Numbered from the whole stretch's first letter, positions 1-11,989 are shown. The stretch is DNA of 63,207 nt, filler included, from Octopus bimaculoides (GCF_001194135.2; 5 parts of 5 records of this genome joined end to end with filler, not necessarily neighbours in it), one strand, 5' to 3'. Notes: generated by a model from the letters alone, not told the origin. Numbers and translations are program-made.

Positions 1-32
<32 letters not shown>

Positions 33-44
33 TAACACATTAGT

Positions 45-366
45 TAGATCATCAGGGTCATAATCATGAGGTAGTGAGTTCGATTCACGGACAGGATTGG
101 GTGTTTTCTTCTTTAGCAAGACATTTTATTTCACGTGGTTCCGGTTCACTCAGCTGTAGGAATGAGTTGCGACGTCACTGGTACCAAGTTGTATCGGCCT
201 TTCCCTTTTCCTTGAATGATATCAGGGGCGAGGAGAAGGAAGGCTGGTGTGCACGGGCGACTGCGGGTTTTCCATAAGCAACATTCCCGGCCTTGTGCCT
301 CAGAGAGAAACTTTCGAGGTACAATCCCATGGTTATTCCTGACCGAATGAGGTCTTTACACTTACT
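45..366 (+). mobile_element. tRNA-derived SINE (B-box head plus central conserved SINE domain), diverged
   Basis: B-box-like GAGTTCGATTC at about 76-86, followed by 'ttctttagcaagacattttatttcacg...ttcactcagctgta..aatgag', a body typical of invertebrate CORE/MESC-like SINEs; ends at a (CA)n tract. Confidence 0.65.
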
Positions 367-1028
367 CACACACACACACACANNNNNNNNNNNNNNNNNN
401 NNNNNNNNNNNNNNNNNNNNNNNNNNNNNNNNNNNNNNNNNNNNNNNNNNNNNNNNNNNNNNNNNNNNNNNNNNNNNNNNNNNNNNNNNNNNNNNNNNNN
501 NNNNNNNNNNNNNNNNNNNNNNNNNNNNNNNNNNNNNNNNNNNNNNNNNNNNNNNNNNNNNNNNNNNNNNNNNNNNNNNNNNNNNNNNNNNNNNNNNNNN
601 NNNNNNNNNNNNNNNNNNNNNNNNNNNNNNNNNNNNNNNNNNNNNNNNNNNNNNNNNNNNNNNNNNNNNNNNNNNNNNNNNNNNNNNNNNNNNNNNNNNN
701 NNNNNNNNNNNNNNNNNNNNNNNNNNNNNNNNNNNNNNNNNNNNNNNNNNNNNNNNNNNNNNNNNNNNNNNNNNNNNNNNNNNNNNNNNNNNNNNNNNNN
801 NNNNNNNNNNNNNNNNNNNNNNNNNNNNNNNNNNNNNNNNNNNNNNNNNNNNNNNNNNNNNNNNNNNNNNNNNNNNNNNNNNNNNNNNNNNNNNNNNNNN
901 NNNNNNNNNNNNNNNNNNNNNNNNNNNNNNNNNNNNNNNNNNNNNNNNNNNNNNNNNNNNNNNNNNNNNNNNNNNNNNNNNNNNNNNNNNNNNNNNNNNN
1001 NNNNNNNNNNNNNNNNNNNNNNNNNNNN

Positions 1029-1074
<46 letters not shown>

Positions 1075-1357
1075 CTTGTATGTATTTATGTATGTATACA
1101 CATTCCGTGATCGTTAGAAGCATGTGTTCCTTCATTTTATCTCGACATTTTTCTCGCTTTATCTGTTCTTTCAGAAGAAGAGTGTATTCTGGAAACGTAG
1201 AATTTTCCTGAGCTTACACCCCATACTCTGTTTTTCTATCCTCGTCTTTTTGTTACATATCTTTGGCCCTTACAATTTGGTCTGAAGAATTTTGACAATG
1301 CTTTGTTTCTGTTTTCTCGTTTTTTTTTTCAATAACAGCTTGTCACAGTGTTAGAAT

Positions 1358-1674
1358 GTTGGCACTCCGTCGCTTACGGCGTCGAGGGTTCCAGTTGATC
1401 CGATCAACGGAACAGCCAGCTCATGAAATTACCGTGCAAGTGGCTGAGCACTCCACAGACACGTAGGATATTCAGCGTGACACAGTGTGACAAGACTGAC
1501 CTTTTGAATCAGAGGTACAACAGAAACAGGAAGTAAGAGTGAGAGAAAGAGTACAGCAGGGTTCACCACCATCCCCTGCCGGAGACTCGTGGCTCACAGC
1601 GCGCGATCTGGGAATCGAAACCGCGATCCTATGACCACGAGTCCGCTGCCCTAACCACTGGGCCATTGCACCTC
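1358..1674 (-). mobile_element. tRNA-derived SINE with target-site duplication
   Basis: Minus strand reads GGAGGTGCAATGGCCCAGTGGTTAGGGCAGCGGACTCGTGGTCATAGGATCGCGGTTTCGATTCCC (A and B boxes). Flanked by cacagtgttagaat (1344-1357) and cacactgttagaat (1675-1688), a 14-bp TSD with 1 mismatch. Related copies at about 27700-27945 and 21290-21450. Confidence 0.85.
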
Positions 1675-2255
1675 CACACTGTTAGAATACATAAAGATTA
1701 AGAATATAGCTGAGAAAAAGTTAGCTGACTTGTAGGAATGGAAGTTATGTGAATGTTGGAAAAACGTCATCTGCACCATGGTGATTCATTCGGTGTATCA
1801 AAGAAACGATATTATGATTGCTGCTCCGCGAACAATGTAAAGGCTATAAGACATGGCATGTGAGGCCGTGGTGGAAGCTGAGCAAACTATTATCACCCAG
1901 CCACAATCCAGTGGTAATTTTTTGATTATTTCAATACTTTTATCTTTGGATGGGATATTGTGTTTTGTTTTCCTTCAACGCACACTGTGAAATATAGCCC
2001 CCGACCATCGGTCTGTCTGTCTGCCTGCCTTCCTGTCTGCCTGCCTTCCTGTCTGCCTGTCTGTTTGTCGGTNNNNNNNNNNNNNNNNNNNNNNNNNNNN
2101 NNNNNNNNNNNNNNNNNNNNNNNNNNNNNNNNNNNNNNNNNNNNNNNNNNNNNNNNNNNNNNNNNNNNNNNNNNNNNNNNNNNNNNNNNNNNNNNNNNNN
2201 NNNNNNNNNNNNNNNNNNNNNNNNNNNNNNNNNNNNNNNNNNNNNNNNNNNNNNN

Positions 2256-2288
<33 letters not shown>

Positions 2289-2934
2289 ATATATACATAT
2301 ATACATATACATACATTCATACGTCTGTATACGTACATGAGTATATGCATACATATGAGTTTATACACACTCAAGCATGGACTCATTTACATCGTGTACA
2401 TAGATGTTTGCATATCTATCGTGTATAAATATATATATATATATATATATACACGCGCGCAAACATACTCACTCACATATACGCACGCACATGCACACAC
2501 GCACAAACAAACGTGTGTATGTGTGTGTGTGTGTGTGTGCACCAAACGAGAATTACTGGAGTTTGATCATGAGATAATTGAGAGATTAAAATTATGCATT
2601 ATATACTGAATGTTAATTGCTCTTACATTGCACGTCAGTGCGTGGGAACTAAAGTCTAGGAAAACTGCGTTTGCACTAAGAACTAGGTTCTTAATAAAAT
2701 TTCGTTTCATGACCAGTGTTTGGTAGTATCGGCTGGTGTTGGCCACAGGTGCAACATGTATCTTGCACTAACCAGATCGTAGACAGAACTCTTTCCTCGC
2801 AGGTCGACAAAATAAAGTACAATTGATGTAGTGCTGATAATGTAATCAACTTACACTCTCAAATGTCTTGCACTACTGCCTAAATTAAATACAAATGAAA
2901 AGGAATAACGTTAAGAACAATAACACGCCTGCTG

Positions 2935-2937
<3 letters not shown>

Positions 2938-3009
<72 letters not shown>
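2938..3009. repeat. (CTA)n microsatellite
   Basis: Direct reading. Confidence 0.95.
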
Positions 3010-3039
3010 TTTTTTTTTTATATCATTACTATTTTCTGA

Positions 3040-3255
3040 GGCGTTGAACTGGCAGACTCGTTACCACGCCAGATAGAATGCTAAGCACTATTTTTTACAT
3101 CATCACGTTCGGTATTCAAATTCTGCCGAGGTCGCGTTTGCATTTCATCTTTTGTGGTCGATAATATAAATACCCGTTGTGCACTGAGGCCGATGTAACC
3201 GATTTTCCCTCCTCCCTTAACTTTCAGGTTTTGTGACAATAACAGAAAGGATTAT
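3040..3255 (+). mobile_element. Abundant tRNA-like SINE family A (ggcggcgagctggcagaa...), diverged copy
   Basis: Aligns by eye with the near-intact copies at 56311-56525 and 58045-58260. Confidence 0.75.
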
Positions 3256-3402
3256 TTTTGTTGTTGTTGTTGTTGTTGATGATGAATAGGATTGGATAAG
3301 GGGTAGATAAGTAATAAAGCAAGAAAATAACAATTGAAGTTGTGACGATGAGATTTCACTTCCCTGACTTGGTTTAAATTCTCTAAAAGAAAATTAGTTT
3401 AA

Positions 3403-3718
3403 AATTTTGTGACAAGGCCATCAATTTGGAGGGGAGCGATTACAATGCCCATAGTTCTCAAATTGCACTTTTTATTCTCGACGTCGAAAGGATGAAAGAC
3501 AAAGTCGACCTCGGCGAAAATTTGAACTCAGAACGTGGAAACGGACGAAATGTCGCTAAGCATTTTGCCTTGTGAGCTAACGATTCTGCCTGCACAACAC
3601 CTTAGCACTCAAAATAATATTGATTTCAAATCTTGGCACAAGGCCAGCATGTTGGAGTGGAGGGTTAAGTCAATTACATCGGCCCCAGCATTCAACCGGC
3701 ACTTATTTTATCGACCCC
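3403..3718 (-). mobile_element. SINE family A, one full and one partial inverted copy
   Basis: aaaggatgaaagacaaagtcgacctcggcgaaaatttgaactcagaacg is the reverse complement of the family A body; a second 3' fragment lies at about 3625-3718. Confidence 0.75.
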
Positions 3719-3727
3719 CCCCCCCCC

Positions 3728-3781
3728 AGTACTACCTTTGCGGACCACCAGTGTTCCGCGGACCACAGGTTGAGACAACTG
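3728..3781. mobile_element. Terminus of a hAT-type MITE
   Basis: Reverse complement CAGTTGTCTCAACCTGTGGTCCGCGG resembles the CAGTGGTTCTCAACCT-type hAT TIR with subterminal GGTCCGC repeats (gcggaccac twice). Confidence 0.45.
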
Positions 3782-3834
3782 CTACAGGACAAAATCCCAT
3801 GCTGGGAATGAAGACTTGAGAGCGACACTGAACA

Positions 3835-4200
3835 GATCAAGGGAGATGTTAGACAAATAGATACAATCATAGAAAAGAAGAGGACGAAGAAAAGACAAGA
3901 TGTGCAAAAAGAGTGTAACGTTTATCATAAAGGACTGCAAGTAGTTAAAGAAAAGATAAGACAAAAAAAATGCAGCAATGTCAGGTAAGCATTTTAAGTA
4001 AAAGCAGATGCTAGCAGAGAACAAATCAATACCAACAGAATAGATTATACACGAATAACGAAAGAATAGATTCTATACGAATAACGAAAGAAAATGCGAT
4101 AAACAACTAAACACCGAAGAGGAGCATCAAGGGAATGATATAACAGATGCTGAAGCAACAAAAAATTCTTGGCAGGAATCTGAAGTAAAAAGTCCAACAC
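3835..4200 (+). mobile_element. R4/Dong-type non-LTR retrotransposon fragment (pre-RT region), frameshifted
   Basis: Mixed-frame translation KEKIRQK..AAMSGK..RTNQYQQNRLYTNNER..KQLNTEEEHQGNDITDAEATKNSWQ matches the NQFxQNRLF..N...FY...PDAEE..KFW region of RLE-type LINEs. Confidence 0.6.
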
Positions 4201-5029
4201 AATACAAAAGTTGCATCTATCAAAAGAGTTTGCCTCTACTTTACTAATTCAACAAATAGATTATTTGCAGACTCATGCTATTTGCCAACTACAAGATTTT
4301 AGATACGGAGCCAGTCGATAATTCCGGTCCCAATAGAATGGTTAGCCATTGGATACTTGTTAAAGTATTCTGCTTTTTAAAGATTAATATTGAACTAAAC
4401 AGCAAAATCAGTAACAGCAGAAAAGACAACAGCGGCGACGAGGATAATTACGACATAAAAACAACAACAACAATAACACATCCATATTAAATAATTCAGA
4501 AGCTTTCGGAGACACATCGAGGCACTTGTCACTCTGGAACATTTTGTCCGATGAAATACCGGTTCTAATATCCACTATGTTCACCACCTTAGCTCTCGTC
4601 TCTGCTTCTCCTTCTGCTTCCCCGCCACCTCTTCTGTATTCCGACCTCTTTCTCCTCCTCTTCCAACCTGCATATAGTTTCACAGATATACAAGACAAAT
4701 AGATCCTAAAACGTATTCTTCTATTATTCTTGTGTTTTGTTTTCGCTTTCATATTATTTTTTTTTACAGTTCCTGCATAAATTTGTGAATAAGAGTCAAA
4801 GTTCGAAAGCTCAGGGAAACCAGAGCTGTGAGACTCGTATGAGGACTGCATGATTTTCCTTTGTTTTCCGAGTTGTTATTTTGATCGTTAATTTTATACA
4901 CAAACAATCACACTTACGTGGGTTTGTGTGTGCGTGTACTTGCGTATGTATATAAATGCACATATACACGCGCTCATGCACGCATACACACACACTCACA
5001 CACACATACACACTCACTCACACACACAG

Positions 5030-5064
<35 letters not shown>

Positions 5065-5068
<4 letters not shown>

Positions 5069-7372
5069 GCAAGAAGCTTATTTCTCATCCACATGGTTCG
5101 GGCAACTCTCTTCTCCTATAGCCTCGAGCCGATCAAAGCCATGTGAGTGGTTTTGGTAGACGGAAACTGAAAGAACCCAGTCGTATATGTATTAGGGGTA
5201 GAACTTAATAGTGAAGCAAATAATTAAGTTCTTCTTTCATTCTGACCGTTGCTGTTTCGGTTTCAGTGTGAGTTCTGCATGACTGCTGGAGTATGCCATA
5301 CAAGGAAAGCTTGGAAGTTGTTCAGAAGAACAAGGAGAAATGGACGACAAATTTAGCGCAGTTCCAGTTCCATTCATCTAGAGGTCATGTGCCTGTAGAA
5401 GAAGCCTCACCGGCTAACAGAAAGCAAATGCCACTCAAAGAGCAGATTGTTAGTGGGTACCAGTTTCTTGAGAAATCAATTAAAGGCAGAAAGGAGGTAG
5501 TGGAGGAATTATCAAGAGAGGTGACACTACTGTGAAGAGGTAAACTGAATTTTCCAACCATTTTTGATCAAGCAACACGGTCCAAGCTCGAAAATGTGCT
5601 TCATTTGCAAGACAAATGCGCCAAGAAGCCTTTAGAAGAACTGTTCGATATCACCAACGTCCGCGTTGAATGACTCACTACTGATGACAAAAAGCTGTAC
5701 TCCATCCAAATCCAAAGCAAGAGCAAAGTGAGCAATACGACAAGCAAAGCTGCAAGCAAGAACACCATCCATACTTCCGAAGAGAAGATGCTCTGATGCT
5801 GAAACCTCCCATTCTTTATCAAGCCCAACGGCCCTGGATACTGACAGTGACTCTGAAGAAAAGGAAATTGAAAAGTACCATTATGGTGAAGATGACAGTG
5901 TTGATCAAAATGGTAGTGATAGTGATGTCGCTTATTCTTCCATAAAAGGACACAACAAATCTGCAATAGGTACGAGACTTGTAAGTGGAACAAACGTCTC
6001 TACCCACAAAACAGCGAAAATTTGCAAACAGTTGTCAGAGGAGGGTATTGATATCGCATCTCCTAGTCAGCAAGGCATTTACAAGGCACTTTTCGAGAAA
6101 GCTGGTGAAATGAAAAAAACACTTGATCGATACACTACGCAATCAGAAATGGAGCCTGCATTTCGATGGTAAACATATTGACGGAAATGAATGTCAAGCG
6201 GTTGTCATCAAGAATGAAGTAAGTGAAATCAAGCAGGCTGCTCTGACGCTGTGTGATGGCAAGGCTGAGACCGTTGCAGAAGGACGAACCTTGGACGAAT
6301 TTCACTTGTGGGGCACAATCTTAATGATTATTGCTGATATGACGAGTGCGAATACAGGAGGAAAGAGTGGGGTAGTGGTTAGATTGCAGAGAATGTTCTT
6401 GAGCTAAGGCTATGACAAGCCACAATTCGTGAGATGCCAACACCATGTCTTGGACAGAATCCTGCGCGTTGTTATGGACGTGTAGGTAGCAGATGCAAGC
6501 AGTTCACCCAATACCAAATACTTTCTGTCAAAGAACTCATGACAAGTTATGAAGAACTCCAAGGCTGCTTCCGGAATTGAACTCATGTCATTGAAGATCA
6601 AGCTGGTTGGAGAAATGATATGAAGTTTCTGTTCCACTTAAACTGTGCCTTCAGGTTCTTCCATGAAAACGGTAACCTACATTTCACCAAGTTTCAGAAA
6701 ATTTCGAACATTAGTAATGCCAGATTGAATTCGCGAGCAATCTTAGCCCTTCTTGCATTTTTCTTCACACCACATGTGAAAGAAAGATCGTAGATGGCCT
6801 GCCAGTTCATTTTATATGATTGGGCGGACCACTGGTTCAGTGATCAAATGTATAGAACTAAAGATTATGCAGAGCTATCGCAAGCCTTACTACCCTACAA
6901 AACTGCTTTGAAATGGTTGACAAATCATTGGAAATAACAACCATGAAAACTATACATCAGCAAAAGCATTCAATGCTGTGAGCGAGCATTGGAAGAACTG
7001 CACTCCTCATGCAAGAACAAAACCAACCTGCTATTGCGTTTCATTCTCTGTAATGATTTGCCGCAACTTGACTATTGACTAATTTGACTTCATATAACTT
7101 ACTTTCTTTTTATTGTTCTGGAATGCAGAATACAGTTCTTTTAATAGTTATGGGCTAAACGTTTTGGATCGTTTCCGCTTTTTGATTTATTATGCTATCA
7201 GGGTTCTAGTTTTTGGAAATCCACCCAAATGCAACCGAGTTTAAGAATTTGAAAGTTAGTCATGGGTGAAGTTTTTGAGCAAATATATAAAAAAAAGAAA
7301 ACATTGATTTTCCAGCAAAAGCTCATCAGAATATGATACAAGACCATGGAGTTGCGAAATGTTCTATCTCTA

Positions 7373-7425
<53 letters not shown>

Positions 7426-7611
7426 TATTTGTATCTGTCTGTGTGTGTCTGTGTTTTTTCCCCACCATCGCTTGACAACCGATGCAGGTGTGTTTAGATG
7501 CCCTTAATTTAGCGCTTCGACATAAGAGGCCGATAGAATAGGTAGTAGGCTTACGAAGAATAAGTCTAGCGGTCCAGCTTGGCCGCACTCATATGATTGA
7601 AACAAATAGAA
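5065..7611 (+). mobile_element. SINE family B split by a hAT insertion (halves 5065-5192 and 7373-7611)
   Basis: 5' half gtggcaagaagc..ggtagacggaaactgaaagaacccagtcgtata and 3' half cccaccatcgcttgacaaccgatg..gatagaataggtagtaggctt join to give the same element as 29219-29537 (-) and 62525-62810 (+). Confidence 0.8.
5193..7372 (+). mobile_element. Decayed, near full-length hAT-superfamily DNA transposon (probably hATm-like)
   Basis: TIRs TAGGGGTAGAAC (5193) / GTTCTATCTCTA (ends 7372), 10/12 match; flanks atatgtat / atatatat (7/8, 8-bp TSD-like). Broken ORF contains LHFDGK, D-M-T-SANTG, CQHHVLD (CxxH), NARLNSRA (RW-like) and QCCERA motifs. Confidence 0.75.
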
Positions 7612-8134
7612 TATATATATATATACATATACATATATATATATACATATATATATACATATATATATATATACAAATATATATACATATATATAACATA
7701 TATATATACACATATATATATAAAAAAATATATATACACACACACACATATATATATACATATAAACACACACACATATATATACAGATAGACAGAGAGA
7801 CAGACAAAGACAGAACGTAAAGAGCTAGAGTGAACGACTGAGTTGTACAAACAGATGGACAGAAAGGTATTATGAAAGTAATAGAGTATGAAAGAAAGAT
7901 TGTACAAAGCAAATCGATACTTATGAAAGAAAAAATTAAGGAAACATATGAAACAACACGATAATTTATCATGCATCAAAAGGGTAACAGCAGCCGTTGC
8001 AACCAAACTAACATTCGAGAGACTAAGCGATAAGATTGGACACATTGCTCGTAACACTATGAATGGAAATTTTTATACACATACTAACGTACGTACACAC
8101 ATACACACGAACACACACGTACGCACACATATAT

Positions 8135-8172
8135 AGATAGATAGACAGACATAGATAGATAGATAGATAGAG

Positions 8173-8236
<64 letters not shown>
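8135..8236. repeat. (AGAT)n microsatellite
   Basis: Direct reading. Confidence 0.95.
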
Positions 8237-8237
<1 letters not shown>

Positions 8238-8304
8238 TGGGAATTTGTATATATATATACATATATATAACATATATATATACACATATATATANNNNNN
8301 NNNN

Positions 8305-9047
8305 TATAGTATGAATTATTAAGTCGGAGATATGTATGCACACAATCGCACACGATCAATTCATATATGGGTATGTGCGAGTATGGGTGAGTGGGTGCCT
8401 GTGGACGTATGTGTCTGCATTCATTTACACAAGTATGTGGGCGTGATACTATGTATATGTATGTATGTATGTATATATATATAATACTGTATATTTTATT
8501 TAACGTGGATATAGTATAGAAAGCCACGTAAGAAAGAACATACTATTCACCACGAAAATTGAATTATCAACGATGTTGGCTGAGGCTGGAGAGGAGCTAG
8601 TGAAATGAAATAAAAATAGCAACTATCAGAAAATAGAATAAAATTTATAAAAAAATGTAAATCGAAAAGAAAAATATTTGTTATTTTTGTGTTGTTTTTA
8701 GACTGTAATAACAAGATTTTGATGAAATTTCTTGATTTTCTAGATAGGACAATAGAAAATCGAGATATATTCCTCGGAGACATAGCTTAATATTAGCTTG
8801 CTACTAAATAAATTACTTATATAGTATGAATTATTAAGTCGGAGATATGTATGCACACAATCGCACACGATCAATTCATATATGGGTATGTGCGAGTATG
8901 GGTGAGTGGGTGCCTGTGGACGTATGTGTCTGCATTCATTTACACAAGTATGTGGGCGTGATACTATGTATATGTATGTATGTATGTATATATATATAAT
9001 ACTGTATATTTTATTTAACGTGGATATAGTATAGAAAGCCACGTAAG
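8305..9047. repeat. 228-bp apparently identical direct repeat (8305-8532 and 8820-9047)
   Basis: Base-by-base comparison by eye shows no differences; first copy begins right after a 10-N gap. Confidence 0.9.
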
Positions 9048-9069
9048 TGCACCATTCGTTTTGAGAAAA

Positions 9070-9575
9070 CTCGTATAAATGCATAAGACTAAGCTACATA
9101 GACGTGTATCACTAGCAGTCAAAATCTGCACCAGTTTTGGTGCAATTGCTAAATCAGGATTTCTGTGCCTTTACATGTCATCAGTACATTGCTTCCACTG
9201 CCAGCCGCATGCTTAGGCAAATTTAGCCACTACTAATTGCGGGTCCAATTATTATCCTTAAACTGAATTAGAGTCTTTCTTGCAGCCAGGATGATGCCTC
9301 TGTCAGATCGAGAGATGGGTGCGTATTTTCAGGCGAAGATTAAGGCTTTATTTAAGAGAATTGGTGATATTGAAGAATACTAATTTGAGATGTCTGATTT
9401 AGTGGGACACATGAGATTAAAAGAAGGGTAAGTAGAGGCGTTAGATTTATGGTCCTTCAAGTTAAAGTAGAGAGGGGGTATATATGGTTCAGTTTTAATT
9501 AGTAAATTTAGATCAGCGACGAGTTTACGGTGGATGTTGTTAATCTCTACGGTGAGTATCTGATTCTCATCTATG
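9070..9575 (-). mobile_element. Penelope-like element RT fragment (Naiad-like), internally deleted, with stops
   Basis: Minus-strand translation EPYIPPLYFNLKDHKSNASTYPSFNLMCPTKSDIS* YSSISPILLNKALIFA*KYAPISRSDRGIILAARKTLIQFKDNNW matches the LKDHK / RLINPxKSxIG / FYPSI..LL.KAL.FA / ARKxLLF motifs of Penelope-like RTs. Confidence 0.75.
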
Positions 9576-9795
9576 AAATATATATATATATATAAACAAA
9601 TAGTAAATGAGTATATGCATATATACGTACAGGTATGTGCATATATATATATGAACGATGTATAAATATAAAAGTATAAGAGAAATTACCCATACCAGGT
9701 AACTTCTACATGCTAGAAGGCAGTCAAAAACGACCGAGAACCACAATGTAAAACATTTCAAAGGGGAGAGAAAATAAAACTTTTACCTTATTTCT

Positions 9796-9872
9796 ACCGG
9801 TTAGACCTATAGGTTTCTCATTTTTTAGTAAATAAAGTAATTTACTAGGCAAATCGTCTTCAGTAGCCAGCC
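9796..9872 (-). ncRNA. Minimal type I hammerhead ribozyme motif in a Penelope pLTR relic
   Basis: Minus strand: GGCTGGCTA-CTGAAGA-[stem II with TAGTAAAT/ATTTACTA]-GAAAC-CTATAG-GTC-TAACCGGT. Core intact, palindromic stem III ACCTATAGGT, stem I 7/8 pairs including GU; base of stem II mispaired. Confidence 0.65.
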
Positions 9873-10319
9873 GTCAAGGAATTAACGTATATTTACAAGA
9901 CAGGACGCCATAAGCACATGTCTTCCCAAATATACATTCTACCTTTCCCATAATCCACTGCGCAGACGCAGTCTCCGTCGGCAGAAAATGAAAAAAATGC
10001 CGAAACGAACTTTGAAATGCTAATATTAAATACTTGAGTATATACATTTTTTCCGTGGGGCAACTGATGATGAAGGTGTGTTGTATTTTTGGTATGTTTG
10101 TTATTGTATGTGCAAAGTAGTTTTATAAGACATCCATTNNNNNNNNNNNNNNNNNNNNNNNNNNNNNNNNNNNNNNNNNNNNNNNNNNNNNNNNNNNNNN
10201 NNNNNNNNNNNNNNNNNNNNNNNNNNNNNNNNNNNNNNNNNNNNNNNNNNNNNNNNNNNNNNNNNNNNNNNNNNNNNNNNNTATATATACGTATGTATAT
10301 ATATTATATGTATATATAT

Positions 10320-10352
<33 letters not shown>

Positions 10353-10359
10353 TATATAT

Positions 10360-10441
<82 letters not shown>

Positions 10442-10631
10442 CATATGTATGTATGTATACATATACGTATGTATATCTACTTGCATGCATACATGCATAC
10501 ATACATACATATATACATGCATACACACATACATACATACATATATACACACATACTTACATATATACATACATACAGACAGACATACAGACATACACAC
10601 ATACATACGTACAGACAGACAGACAGACCCC

Positions 10632-11200
10632 AGTGAAAAAACCTCAATATAATGTAAGCGCAACAGACCTGATATAATGATTGGAGATAGAGAAGAGAAA
10701 CTGAGGAATTTAACTTCCCAGTGGAGGTTAATATAAAGCTGAAAATCAGCGAAAATAAGAATCCATACACTGAACTATTAAGAAATGTGCAGTTACTCGA
10801 TCCATATTACAAATTCAGGGTCCTGGGATATGTAACACACTGCCTAAATATTAATCTCGAGAAATTAGGCTTCTCAAATCCAGAAAGTAGAAAGCCGATT
10901 CGAAGACTACAGATCCGATCCATTACCGGAACTGTAGAAATCTGTAAACCTTTCCAGAAGTTTATCATTTAAATATATATATGAGCATGTCTAATTATGC
11001 AAATATATGCATGAGAATATATTCATAAAACAAAACATAAAAATCTGCACATGTGCATACATACATATATACAAACAAACAAACATAAATAAACTGTTGT
11101 TGATGTTGAAATTACAATGAAGGAGCCTTGAATCTAGGTTGGAAACCGGTTTTTTCTCTATTGGCAAGAAAACTTGAACTAAAACTGAATAATATCATAC
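10632..11200 (+). mobile_element. 3' end of an RLE-type non-LTR retrotransposon plus 3' UTR
   Basis: RNRPDIMIGD...PVEVNIKLKISENKNPYTELLRNVQLLDPYYKF...LEKLGF...GTVEICK is a PD-(D/E)xK endonuclease C-terminus; second copy at 31905-32480 (-) shares ORF and UTR. Confidence 0.75.
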
Positions 11201-11547
11201 ATCCATATGTGTGTATACATGCATACGTGCGTTATGCATGACGTATGTAGGCGTATGCATATCAAAGAATGTCATAACTGTAAAGTCTTAATTTAAACAA
11301 CTATATTTTCTATATTCTACTCGTAAATATTCATGGGGAAACAATGATATTCCTATCAATGACGAATATGTATAATTTTGAATACGGATAGATGTATAAT
11401 AGCGTGGGTACAAATTCATGCATATAATTCTACACGTAAATAAAATGCATAAGCCCAAACATACAAACACACACATACACACACGCATATACACACACGC
11501 ACATACACACACAAACACACACAAACACACACTAAGAGTGAAACACA

Positions 11548-11589
<42 letters not shown>

Positions 11590-11989
11590 GTACATGCATG
11601 CGTACATACATACATACATATATACATGCATGGATACATACATACATACATACATACATACATACATTAAAGACAATATTCTAGTATATACATCGAAGTG
11701 CTCAAGAGATTTAAACTTGAGCAGGTGGAGGAGTAAATGTAAGGACAAGCAATTTAGGCAAGTAGATATACCAAAAATATTAGATACATTTAATACAAAC
11801 AATGTACATATGTTTCCACATTAAAACGTCCGACTTACACAGAATAGAGATGATGTCAGGAATTAAAGGATTTTGAGTCAGATTTTTGGGAATCCAACAG
11901 CTTTTCCTGTGGGCGGGGGTGGTCTAAATTAATAATTATATATATATATGTATGTATATATGTAGACGCACAATCCGGACAGACACTGC

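Noticed and set aside
4770-4840. Possible 67-nt + strand exon (tttacag acceptor, gtatga donor)
   Set aside because: No recognisable peptide; such site pairs are frequent by chance in AT-rich DNA
9960-10010. GGCA...TGCC-GAAAC hairpin resembling a hammerhead 3' half
   Set aside because: No CUGANGA core upstream
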